A program made the position numbers and the translations under genes. Positions 49,801-61,800 of a DNA stretch of 64,000 bases are shown here, in pieces. Numbering within the stretch: position 1 is the stretch's first letter; each line of letters begins with the position of its first letter. The notes beneath the pieces are model-generated. The model worked only from the letters and a program-made list of their open reading frames with translations. It was not told the origin of the DNA and ran no database searches. Source of the DNA: an uncultured Planctomycetia bacterium (GTDB taxonomy: Bacteria > Omnitrophota > Gorgyraeia > 2-02-FULL-51-18); NCBI GenBank assembly GCA_964431835.1, contig CAYSKO010000009.1, positions 8,330 to 72,329 on the forward strand, in the 5' to 3' direction.

Positions 49801-52800
49801 CACAGCCGTCGCGTCCGCGATCGTCGAAGCGGTGTCCTCGAAGGACGCGCGCGCGGTCGAGCAGCTCACCGAGAAGCTCCAGGACAACCCGACCGCGCAG
49901 AAAAACCTGCACGAAGCGCTTAACAAACTGATGGAACAACAGAACCTGCAGGTCAGCGACGCGCAGGTGGCCGAAATGGTCAAACTCGCCGAGCGCCTCG
50001 CGGTCGCGGAGCGTTCGCAGGAAACCGCCGCCGAAGCCAAGCCCGCCGAAGCGCGTCCCGAGACGGCCGAGGCGCCTCGCGTCGAGGGCGAGAAGAAGGC
50101 CGAAGGCGAGGCCGAGGCGAAGGATCCCACGCAGAAACTGAAGGACCTCGTCGACCAGAGCGGCATGCGGAAGAAGCTGACCGAAGTCCGCGACCGCCTC
50201 CAGGAAGACATCAAGAATAGCGCTGAGCAGGTGGAGCTGGTGAATAAGGCGATGGACGGCGTCATCGCCGAAGACGTCGCGTTCGTCCAAAAAGCCCTCG
50301 ACGGCATGCCGGAAGCCAAGCGCGCCGCCGCCGAGCAGGCGCTTAAGGAACAGTTGAACCTCGAAGTCGGCGAAGCTCTTCTGGGCAAGGACGGGAAACC
50401 GACGGGTGAATTCCGCGGTTCGAACCTGACCGTCCGGACCGCCGACGGCATCCTGACCCGCCTGGGCAACGCCGCGGTCACCCTCAGCGGACAGTCGAAA
50501 GCGCGCCAGGTGCGCGGCGCGGCCGTGGACGCAGCGATGGCCAAGCGAGACAAGGCTACGGCCGAGAAGAAAGCCACCGATCCTTCGACGGGCGCGAAGT
50601 GGACCGCCGAAGCGAAGGATGCTCTCACGGATCCCAAGCAGCTCGGCAAAAAATACGTCCGCATCGGCGGCGAGCTTTTCAACCGCAAGGCGGTCAGCGA
50701 AGCGGTCGCCAAAGCCGATGGACCCGCCGCGAAGAAACACGTCGAATCGCTGAAAGGCGAAAATAACAAGCAGGCCCGCGAAGACCTGAAGAGAGAGTGC
50801 GAAACCGCGACCGAAGTCGATCCGCTCGTCACGATCACCGTGGACGTCGACGGCACGCCCACGAAGGTCCGTCTCCATGCCGACGCATTGCGCGCCGAGG
50901 TCGAGTCCTACGAAAAGGACGCCGCGAAGGTACAGGAAAGCAAGGGCCAGGAAGGCACCATTCTTAATGAAGGCCGCCAGGCAAACGGTGATCCCGCCGT
51001 ACCGACCGGTAAGGGCACAAAGACCGCCGCTCCGGCCGCTCCGCGAACCACGGCCGAGGTTCCCAAGCCGGAAGCTCCGAAAGCCGCCGGAGAAGCGGGT
51101 GGTTCCGCGAAACCCGCCGCCGAGGGATCGCGTCGTCACCGCGCGAGCGCCGACCCGGCGAAGCTCGAAAAAGAAGCCGAAGGCCACCAGAAGAAGGCCG
51201 GAGAGCTCAACGAAAAAGCCGACCGTCTCGACGCGCGCGCCGACGCCCTGCGCGCCGAAGCCGAAGACGTCGCCCGCAAAGCCGAAGGCAAAGAAGGCGA
51301 AGCGGCCGCCGCCCAGAGCCAGGTCCAGCGCCTCTTGGCGAAAGCGGAAGCGCTGAGCAATAAAGCGGAAGGTCTCCGAGCCGAAGCGCGCGCCGCCCAT
51401 AATAAAGCCGAAACGCTCGAGAAAAAGGCGGCCAATCTGACGGCGGAATCCATCAATCTTCGCGCCAAGGCCGCCGAGAAACGCCGCGAGGCCCAAGATG
51501 TCGAGAAGAAACCGAAAGTCCAGGACGTTAACCAGGAGGACGCATTCCAGGACGGCGTCCACTACAACGCGGCGACCGACGGCCAGATGGGGCGCTCCGA
51601 AGTCTGCCGTTACGACCGCCGGACCGATTCCGTTTTCCGCAAGTTCGTCGCCGAAGGCAAGACCGCCTGCGACGCCGAGGCGCGACGCATCCAGCGCAAG
51701 GAAGGCCGCGAGATGACCGCCAAGGAAAAAGTCTTCTTCATGACCGAATTTGTGACCGAACGCATCGATTACGACAAGCCCGCTCTCCAGAAGATCAAGG
51801 CGAGGGCCGACGCAGCCGGCCGCGATTCCGTCGACATCGGCGAGATGATCAAAGAAGGCGTCGGTGTCTGCCGCCAGAAGGCGATGCTTGTCGGCTTCCT
51901 CCTCGCCGAAGTGGGCGTGAAAGCCAAGCTCTCCAACGGCGGCGCTCTGACCCACACGGGCGAACTCGGCGAGACCTACGGCGGCCACGCGTGGCTGACC
52001 GTCGAGGTGAACGGCAAGAAGTTCTACTTCGACCCCACGTGGGCCGAGGGCCAGAGCGCCAAAGACATGCGCCTTCTCTCGATGGATAGCGCGACCGTGC
52101 AGAAGACTTACAAAGAAGACATGACGCCGATGGTTAAGGGCGGCCGCAAACTTTTCGTGAAGGACGGCGGCGCTTCGCGCGCGGAAGCTCTACGAGCCGA
52201 GGCCACGGCCCTCGAGAGACAGGCCGATGCGAAATGGGCCGAAGCGGAAGTCGCCCGCGGGAGCGACGAAAGCTACCGCCGTGAGGCGACAGCCAAGGAA
52301 GCCGATGCCGCGCAACTGACCGGCCAGGAAGCGCCGATCAGGCGCGACGCGCAGTCCGCCTCGCGCCAAGCCAACGACGCCCGCCGGGAGGCGTCGAACC
52401 TCCGCCAGGACGCCGAAACCAAGAGCGAGAGGGCCGAGTCTTACGAAGTTCAGGGCGCCGAAGTCCGTGGCCGCGCGGCCGTCGAAGGGGCCAAGGCCAA
52501 CGAAGTCGGCGAGATGGCGCGTGAAGTCCGGAGCGAACAGGAAGACGCGGCGCGCCTGGCGACCGATCTCAGCGGGAATCTCCGCGGCGAGCGCGAAGCC
52601 GCTCCCGAGGCCGGAGAATCCGCCCGCCTCGCCGAGCCTGCCGGAGAGACCGCTTCCGCCGAAGCCCGCCGCGGCAATCTGCGCGGCCGCCAGGCCAGCG
52701 ATGTTTTGGGCGAGCTCGTCCGCGAAGGCGAGATCACGCCGGAACAGCGCGACGCGATCCAGACGCGCGTCGAGAAGATGCTCCGCGAAGGCAACGGCGA

Positions 52801-55800
52801 GATGCAGCCTTCCGCGTTCCTCGACCTCATGTCCACGATGCAGAACCAGATGAGCGCGAAGTCGTTCCGCCGCTCCTTCGACACGATGGATCAGTTCTGC
52901 GGTTCCTGCTCAATCCTCGCACACAACCAGATTGCGATGCGCGCCGCCGCCGGCGAGAACGTCGCCGCCGAAGTCCAAACGCTGAGCGCGGTCATCGAGA
53001 CGGCCCAGAGGGTCGGCGCGAAGATCGTGGATATCACGCCCGCCGAAATCCGCGACTTCGCCGCCGCCCGCGAAGTGCTCGCTTCGCGCGGCCAGGAAAT
53101 CCTTTCCACCGCGATCGAAAGCCGCATGGACGGTGAAGCCCGACGCTCCGCCGAAGCGGGGATCGCCCCGCCCGCGCTCGGAACCGTCACCGAAGGTCCC
53201 GAGATTTCCGCCGGTGAAAGCACTTCGAGTCCGAAGGTTGAAACCCGCGTCGAATCCGAAGCCAAGACCGAAACCAAGATCGAAACCGAAACGCGCACCG
53301 AGACCGAGACGCGCACTGAAGCCGAAGTTCGGACCGAAGCTGAAGTTCGCACCGAAGCGGAAGTTCGCATGGAAGCCGAAACCCGTACAGAAGCCGAGCC
53401 TACGCGGGCCTCCGCCGCGGCTCCCGAAGCCGAAGCACCCCGCGCCGAGTCCAAACGCGCGGCGACCGCCGAAGAAGCCCAGGTCCTCGAGAAGCGCGCC
53501 GAAGTCGAGGCCGCCCGCGCCGAGAAAACCGAAGCGCAGGCGAAGGTGGCCGAAAACAAGACCGCTCTCGAACAGAAGGCGGCTGAGCTCGACGGCGCCC
53601 GTGCCGCCGCCGAAACCGCCGCCGAAGCGGACAACGCGGCCGCCAAGCGTCTCTCGGAAGTCGACTCCCCCGAGCGCTTGCGGGCGGAAGTGGAACAGGG
53701 CGAGCGCACCGTCACCGAGAAGAAAGCGGAGAAGGAAGCCATCAGCCAAGAGAAGGCCCAGTGGAAAGCCCGCAACGAACTCGAAGCCGACCTCAAAAAG
53801 AGCGACGTCGTCGACAAGACGGAGGCCCGCGACATGGTGCTCGACGAAATCGCGGCGAAAGGCCCCTCGCCGGCGCGCGCCGAAGCCCTCCGGGAGGCGG
53901 AGAGCGCCCTCGAGGCGGCCAAGAATCATCCGCTCGGCGAACCGGCCGCACGCGCCGCGGCGGAAGCTTCCGCGAAGGCTTTCGACACCGCGAACATGAA
54001 GTGGCCGTCGCCCGTCAATTCCGCCACGCAGCGCGCCCGCGGGATCGCGCGGCTCGAAAAGGCCGAAACGGCCAAAGAAACGGAAATCCGGACGGCGGAA
54101 TCTGAAACACAGGCCAAGCGCGACCTTCTGGCCAGCGTCGAGGCTTCGAACGCCGGCAGCGCCCCGACCGCCGAAACGGCCAAACGCGAAACCGCGGCCC
54201 GCCGCGCCGAAACGGAAAGCGAAGTGCGGCGCCTCGAAGCGGAAGTCCAAACTTTAAGCGAACGGCAGACCGTCCTCGAGACGGAAGCCGCGCGCACCGG
54301 GGAAAACGCGGCCGCCCGTGAAGCCGAGCTGACCGTGCTGACGGTCGCCGACGCCCTCGTCGTCGAAAATCGCGCGAAAGTCGAAGCCGCCAAGACCGAA
54401 CACGCCTCCGCGAAAGAGAAGCTCGCCGAAAATAAGGCCGCGCAGGAAAAGAAATCGTCCGAGATCGAGACCGCCAAAGCGGAAGCGAAAGCCGCGCAGG
54501 AAACGCACGCCGACGCGTCTGTCCGTGCGAGCATCGCAATCAAAGAATTCCTCCGTATCCACAGCGAGCCGGCTCCCGCCGAGGGCCGCGAGACCGAGGT
54601 GCGTCGCGAGGAAATCGCCCGCATCGAAACGGAGCATACCGCCGCAAAAACCGCCAAGGAACAAGCGAACGTCCGCATGTACGAAGCGGGAGACAAAGTT
54701 TACCTTCTCGAAGCGGAGGGAACCGCCCTTAAGAAACAACAGTCCCTTCTCGAAGCGGAAGTCACGCGGACCGGCGAAACGGTGGTAGTCCACGAAGCCG
54801 CACTCGCCGAAAGCCTCCGCACGGTTGAAGCCCGCACGGCGCAGGCCGAAGCGAAGGCCGTAGAGGTCGAAGCGAAGGCCGAACAGGCAGAGGCCGTGCT
54901 CGATCTCACTGCGAAGACATCCGAAGCCCAAGCCGCCCGAGCCGAAGCGGATCAGGCCAAACAAGATCTCCGGAAGAACGGGGAAGACATCCGGAAGGCC
55001 GCGACCGTCAAGACTCAGGCCGAGTCAGCCCGGGACGCGGCCTTCTCCCGCGCCTCCAAAACGCGCCTGGCTTTCGACGCGGCTACCGCTCAGGTAGAAG
55101 CCCGCCGCACGTCGCTCGCCGAAGCTGAAAGCCAGCTCGCCGTCGAGACGACTCGTGCCGAAGGGGATTCCCGGACGCGCGCCGACATTCAACAAAGTAA
55201 AGCGGGGAACGCGGCCGAAACCACCAAGGCCGAGGGCCAGCTGGCTACCGCGAAGGAAAGTGCCACCGCGACCCACGCTCCCGAGGCGGAAGCCGGCAAG
55301 CGGTTCGAAGAAGCGTCGCGCGTCGCGGAAATCAAGAGCGCCGAACTTTCGACCGCCGAAACCACCGCCTCGCAGAAAAAGAGTGAACTCGCCACTCTGG
55401 TCGAGAAATGGAACGAGCTCGCCAAGCGCGCCACCGAGGGAGATCTCGCCGCGAAGGACGCCGAGTCGATTGGCCTGGACGTCCAGATCGCGGAAAAGCG
55501 AGCCGAAGTTCAGCACGCGGAGACGATCGCGCAGACCGCCCGTGAAGCGTCCGTCGTCGCCGAGACGGCCAAGACGGCCGCCGCCGAAGCGCTCAACGAC
55601 GCGATGATCGAGCGGGGCAACGCCGATCTCGAAGTGGCCGAGCTTAGCGCGCGCGTCGACTTCCTGCGCCGCGAAGGTGAGTATCTCAAGATACAGGAAA
55701 GCATCCTCAACGCCGACATGGACGGGGCCCGAACGAAGGTGGAAGCCGAGAAGTCCGAGCTCGCCCGAGCCGAAGGGGAAGAGGCGAAGGCCAAGGCGGA

Positions 55801-58800
55801 AGCGGATCGCGCGGGCCAGGACGCCGCCACTGCGGAGGCCGAGTATATCAGCGCGTCCTCCGAAGCGTCCCGCGCCGAAGCGATCCGTACGGGTCTTGAG
55901 GAAAACACCAGCCGCACCCAAACCCGCGTCGAAGAGACGACCGCCGCCGTCGAAGAAGCCCGCACGCGCGTGGCCGAAGCCGACGCCCGTCTGGGCGAAG
56001 TCGAATCCAAGGGCACCGCCGCTCCCGAAGCGTCCGCAAAGCCCACCGCAGAGGCCGCGCAAGATGCCGCCCGCGCGTACGAAAGCGCCCGAGCGGAAGT
56101 CGAGCGCGTCTTTAAGATCGTGGAACGCGCCCAAGGCGAACACGCCGCCCTTCTGGGATCCAAGAGCCTGGTCAAGGGCATGCTCGAGAAGCTGAACGCC
56201 GAGGTCGAAACCCTCGAGACGAAGAAACAGCAGCTCGAGACGATTCTCGAAGCCTTGAACGTCAAACTCCAGAGTGCCGAAACCCGCGCCGCCGACGGCC
56301 AGCGCCGCGTGGCGGAAGCGGAAGGACGTCTCGAGCAGGCCCGCACGAACCGCGACGCCCAGGCGCCGCGCCTTGAGGCGACCCGCCGCGAAGCGCGTCA
56401 GGAACGCCAGCGTGCGACGGTCGAGCGCGAAGCTGCCGAAACGACGGCGGGCGAAGCGCGCTCCACGGCCGAAACGGCCCGCGCCACCGCCGCCGAATCG
56501 CGCCGCGCGGAAGAGCCTCTCCGCCAGAAAGCCGCCGAAACCCAGGCCAAGCTCGCCGAAAAACGCGCCGAGCGCGACCGGGCCGCCGAGGCCACGAAGC
56601 CCGAAGATGTCACTCGCCTCGAGTCCGAGATCCGCGAAGCGGAAGCCCAGGCCGAAACCGCCGCCCGCGAGCTGGCCGAGGCCGAAGGCAAAACCGGCGA
56701 AGCCGAAGCCGCCGCTCGCTCCGCGGCCGCCGCCGAAACCGCCGCCGAAACCGAAGTTTCGCGGACGCGCGTCGAAGAAAAACGCCTCGGCGAAGAAGCC
56801 GAAACGCAGGAACGCGTCGCCGCCGAAGCGGAATCCCAGAGCCGCGACCTTGACCGCCACGTCGCGGAGGCCGAGCGCCAGGTTTCGGAGGCCCGCGCCG
56901 ACGTGAGCCAGACCCGCGCCGAAGCCGCCGACACCGGCCGTGAGATGAACGAGACGCGTCGCGAGATCGAGGAGATCGAAGACCGCATCAACGTCCTCAA
57001 ACTCCAGATCGTGGGCCTCCTCACCCAGCTTTCCCAGCTCGACGACGACATCGAGAAGGCCGCGCAGCGCGTCGCCGAAGCCAAGCTCGATCTCTCCAAG
57101 GCCCGTGCCGCGGAAGAGAAGGCCCAGGATGCCGTCGCTGAGACCCTGCCCCAGCCGACCATTCACGACGCCGTCAGCTTCGCCGAAGCGCTCCCGTCGA
57201 TGGAAGCGCGCCTCGTCGGCCAAAAGATGCCGCCGTCCGAACGCCGCGCCCGCATGGCGGATCTCGCCGGGAAAGCTCTCGAGCTTGCGCGCGTCGAATA
57301 CGAACGTCGGACCATCGAAAAGAAACTCGGCGTGGGAGAAGGCAGCACGATGACCGTGGGCGAGATCGCGGCGCGGTACCACCAGGCGCTCGAAGGCGTG
57401 AAGAAATTCCTCGAAGCCTCACCGAAGCCCGCGAACGCGGCCTCCGCCGCCGCCCGTGCGCGACTGGTCGAACGTCTGGCCAAGACGCTCGCCGCCCAAG
57501 AAACGCCGGTCGTGAAGGGCCTCGAAGTGAAAGGGGAGAGCGTCGTCGAGATCGTGGGCGCGGGCAAGAAGGTCGGCTTCGATTCGCCCGACGTCATGAG
57601 CCTCGCGGATCTTTCGAAAGCGCACGCCGACTCCTTCCGTACGCGCACTGTCGCCGAGCTCGCCGATCATCTTTCGAACAACGCCGCCGAGCTCCGGCGC
57701 GTGGAAGCGCACCTCGAGAACCCGACGCGCCCGACGCTTCAGTTCGAGCCATTCGGCGAAGCGAAGGTCGAAATCGACGGCCGCAAAACCGCCGCGCGCA
57801 TGGAAATCACGAACGAAACGCTCAAGAAGGCCGTCGCGGAAGTCGAGAAACGCCAGGTGAAGGCGCTGGCGGAATTCTTCGAGAAGAACCCGGAGAAGGC
57901 CGCCGCCTACCGCGAGGCGCTCGAGGCCCAGGCGAAGAAACAGTCCGAGAACGCGCAGGACGTCTCGCAAGCCAAAGACACGATCGACGGCTTGGCTCGC
58001 ACGGCGCTCGTCGAAGCGCTCGAAGCTCTGCCTCCGGCCGCCCACGGCGTCCGCGTCGAAATGCTCCGCCTCGCGCTCGGCCTCAACGGCAACGTTCCGG
58101 CCGCGATCCTGGCTCTCCAAAACGCCGGTCTCGCTCCAAAGACCGGCGAAACCGCCGCGGCGAAGCCTGCCGAGCGCGACACGCTGATCCGCCTCCTTCT
58201 CGACCTGCCGCCCGCCGCGCGGAACGCGGCGCTCTCATCTCTCCGCGCCGCCGAGCGCACGCACCGCGCCGGGGAAGCGCGCCAGACGATCGAACGCATG
58301 GAGAAGCTCACCCTCGAAGAGCGCGAGACGCTGAACCGCGCCGCCGAGACGGGCGACCTGGACACGCTGACGGGCAAGCTCGAGCCGCTCAAGGCGTTCG
58401 GCCGCGACGCCCTCTACGAAGCCACCGAGCTCCGCGGCCAGCGCGTGGCGGAGGCGTCCTCCGCCGCCCGCGTCGGCACCGCGATCGACGCGCTCATGCG
58501 CCTCAACGTGGACGCCGCCGGCGCCGCGAAAATACGCACCCAGCTTGAGTCCGACATCGCCAACCGCGGCAAGGAAGGCTACGTCGACAACCGCACTCTC
58601 TTCGATTCGAAGCTCGCGGAGCCGATCAAGTCGTTCGCGAGCGAAACGCTCGTCGAGGCCGCTCGCCGCATCGAAGCGGGCGAGGGCGCGAAGGGCCGCG
58701 TGACCGCCGCCCAGCTCGAGACGCTCCGCACGAACCTCGCCGAAGGCGCCGCTCCGAAGGCCCCCGAGGCGCTTCGCCGCTTCGACGCGGAAATCCTCGC

Positions 58801-61800
58801 CGAAGCGCTCGAAGTCGGCAAACTGGAAACTCTGAAGGCGGCCGAGATCGTCCGCACGCTGACTCTGGCCGAGCGGAACGCGATCCGCGAGCTCGGCGCC
58901 GTCGACGGAACGCTCGCCCGCTTCGACGCCGAAACACTCGCGACCGCGCTCGGCATGAACAAAGCCGAGCTCGCCGCGGCCCGCAAGCTTCTGGACGGCG
59001 TGCAGGAGACGGTGCTTCGCGGAATCCTTTCCGCGCTGCCCGACGGCGCGCGTTCCCTGACTGTTCGCGACATCCTCGACGCCGCCCGTCCCGCCGACGG
59101 CATCCTGAGGGACAAAGTGGAACTCGCCAAGGCGGAGTTCGACGCCTTGAAGCTCCACGCCGAGGAGCGCGAGGCGATCGCGGCCGACGCGGCCGCCGGC
59201 CGTATCGACGCGGCGCGCGAGAAACTCACCCGCGCCGCCGAACGCGCGGCCGTGGCGCTCGAAACCGAGCTCACCGAATCGGTCACCGCCAAGCGGATCA
59301 CGCCCGAAGTGAAGGCCGAACGCCTCGAGGCCTTCCGTAAAGGTCTCGCCGAGACGATCGCGGCCGTGGAAGCTCCCGCCCTCGGCGAAGCGATGCACCG
59401 CCTCACCAACTCGGCGGAGGTCCTGAAGGCGCGCAGAGCCTTCAAGGCGTTCGAACAATTCCTCGTGTTCCAGGTCAAGGCGGGCCGTATGACCGAGGGC
59501 CAGCGCCGTACCGCGCTCCTCGAGATGCGGAACGAGCTCCTGCACGGCCGGTCGGACGCGGTCAAGGAAAATGCGGTCAAGGCGCGCTTCGACGGCTTCA
59601 AGGCGTTCTCCCTCGAAGTGCTTCGCGAGGCGGCCGGCGTGAGCGCTGACGTCGCCTCCCGCGCGCACCAGGCGGCCCAGCAGACGATCTTCGAATTCTC
59701 TCGCTCTATCCAGCGTGATCTTCTGGCCAAGGTCGAAAAGCTCACTCTTCTGGCCAAGGTCGAAGCCGGGGATCTCGCGGTTCTTCCGGAAGGCCTCCGC
59801 GGAAAATCGCTCGAGGTGCTGCGTCAGGCCCTCGGGGCGACCTCCGAGCAAGTGGTTTTCGCCCGCGAAGCGGTCGGCGCCCTTGCGATTCCGGAGCTCC
59901 GCCGCCTGGGCGTCGAAGTGGCCCGCGATCTTCTGCGCCGCGCCGAAGCCGCCGAGCGCGACGGCCGCGCCGCCGAAGCCGCCGAGCTGCGCGACGCCTT
60001 CGCGATGGTCGGCGCCCGCGTCGCCGTGGAGCTCGAAGCCCACGCCGAACGGGCCGAAAAGAACGGCAACAAGGCCAAAGCCGCGGAGTTCCGCGACGCC
60101 GCCCGGTCGCTCGTCGAGGAAATCCGGAGCGAAGCGCTGGCCGCGGAAGAGGTCGCCCGCCTCTCGTCCGCCGAACTCGCGAGCGTGAAAGAAGCCCTCG
60201 TCCGCGGCGAAGTGAAGGGAGAGCTGGCCCTCTTCGGCGAACGGGCCGTCCGCAAGGCCGTCCTCGCCCGCGAAGCCGCGGAAGGCAAGTTCCGCGGTGA
60301 CGGCACGACGCGCGGCGAGCTTCCCGAGAAGGTCCGCGCGTTCTCGATCGAAACCCTCAAAGCGGCGCTCGGCGTCCGCGCCGAGCTCGTGCGTCCCGTG
60401 ACGAAGGTCACGGTCGAAGGACGCGAGCTCTCGAGCGCGGTGGTCCGCGACGCGCTCGCCCGCAACGTGGACGCGCAAGCCGACGCGCTCCTGGCCCGCT
60501 TCAAGGTCGCGCCCGCTCCGCGTTTCTCCGCCGCCGACTGGGTCTCTTCAAAAGTCGGCCGCGAGACGCGTGACGCGCGGGCGCAGCGCAAGCTCACCGA
60601 GACCCTTCTGGGCATGGGCGAAGCGAAGACGCACAAATTCGGCTACGAAGCGCCTCCCGCGCCGGCTCCTCGCCGGACCCGCAGCGGCGCGCCCGCGCGT
60701 GAAGGCAAGCTGGATTTGGGAGTGTTCTTCGACGCCTACCAAGTCCTTACCCAGGGCCGCGCCCAGGTCTTCAGCCGTGAAGCGATCAACCGCGCGCTCC
60801 AGAAACTCGAACAGAAGACGATGGGCGTCGACGCCGCCGCGAAATTCGTGCTCGAATGCCTCACCGTGGGCAACACGATGGAGCAGTACAACAAGCTGAA
60901 GACGCAGAAGCTCGACAAAGAAAGCGAAAGGGAGAACCTGGCCGCGCTGGAGGTCATTGCCAATCCGATGGAAGTTGCACGCCGCCTCGGCGAGTCCGTC
61001 GTCGAGAAGATCCAGGCGAAGGGCGAGGCGTACCTCCTTGCCAAAGAAGCGGTCGCCCAGCTGGAAAACGCGACTACCCGCAGAGCGCTCGAAGTCGCTC
61101 AGAGCGAACTCATGACGGCCTTCCGCGAAGCGCGCGGCGGCGCGAAGAACCAGTCGTTCCTCGATCTGGCCGTCAAGACGGGCATGGTCGAGAAGGCCGA
61201 ATTCGGGGACGTGTTCAACGCCTACAAGGCGCTCCGCGTCGGGGAAACCTCCGGTGGCTACGCCGAGTTCAACACGAAGAACCGTGCGTCGATCGAGCGC
61301 GTGATGTCCGAGTACAAGCTCGAGTTCGACGCGTACGAGAAGAGGCTTTCCGGCGACCCGATGACCCGGATCAAGCAGCTCAACGAGATCATGCGCCAGG
61401 AACAGGCGGCCGCGCCGGGCGAACGCGTCGGCGTGATCAAGGCGACGGCGATCACGGATCTCATCTTCCGCAATTCGTACGTGTCGGAAGGCACGAAGAT
61501 GCACCTGAAGGACGCCGGCTGGCGCCCGGGACAGCGCCTCATGATCATGCATCTCATGGGGAACAACAGCGTCTCGCTCGGAACCGCCGGCGGCAAAACG
61601 TACACCCTCATGGGCTACCACATCATGCGGCGCCTCACCGACGGCGAGACCTACCGCGGCAAGCAGGTCGTGGAAAGCCCCGACGCCGTGAACCAGATCA
61701 TCTCCGCCATGGAGCTCAAACTCCGCGTGGAAGGCAAGAAGACGGACGCGGAGATCTTCAGCGAGCTCGAATCGCGCCGTTCGGAGCTCAACTCCGAGCA

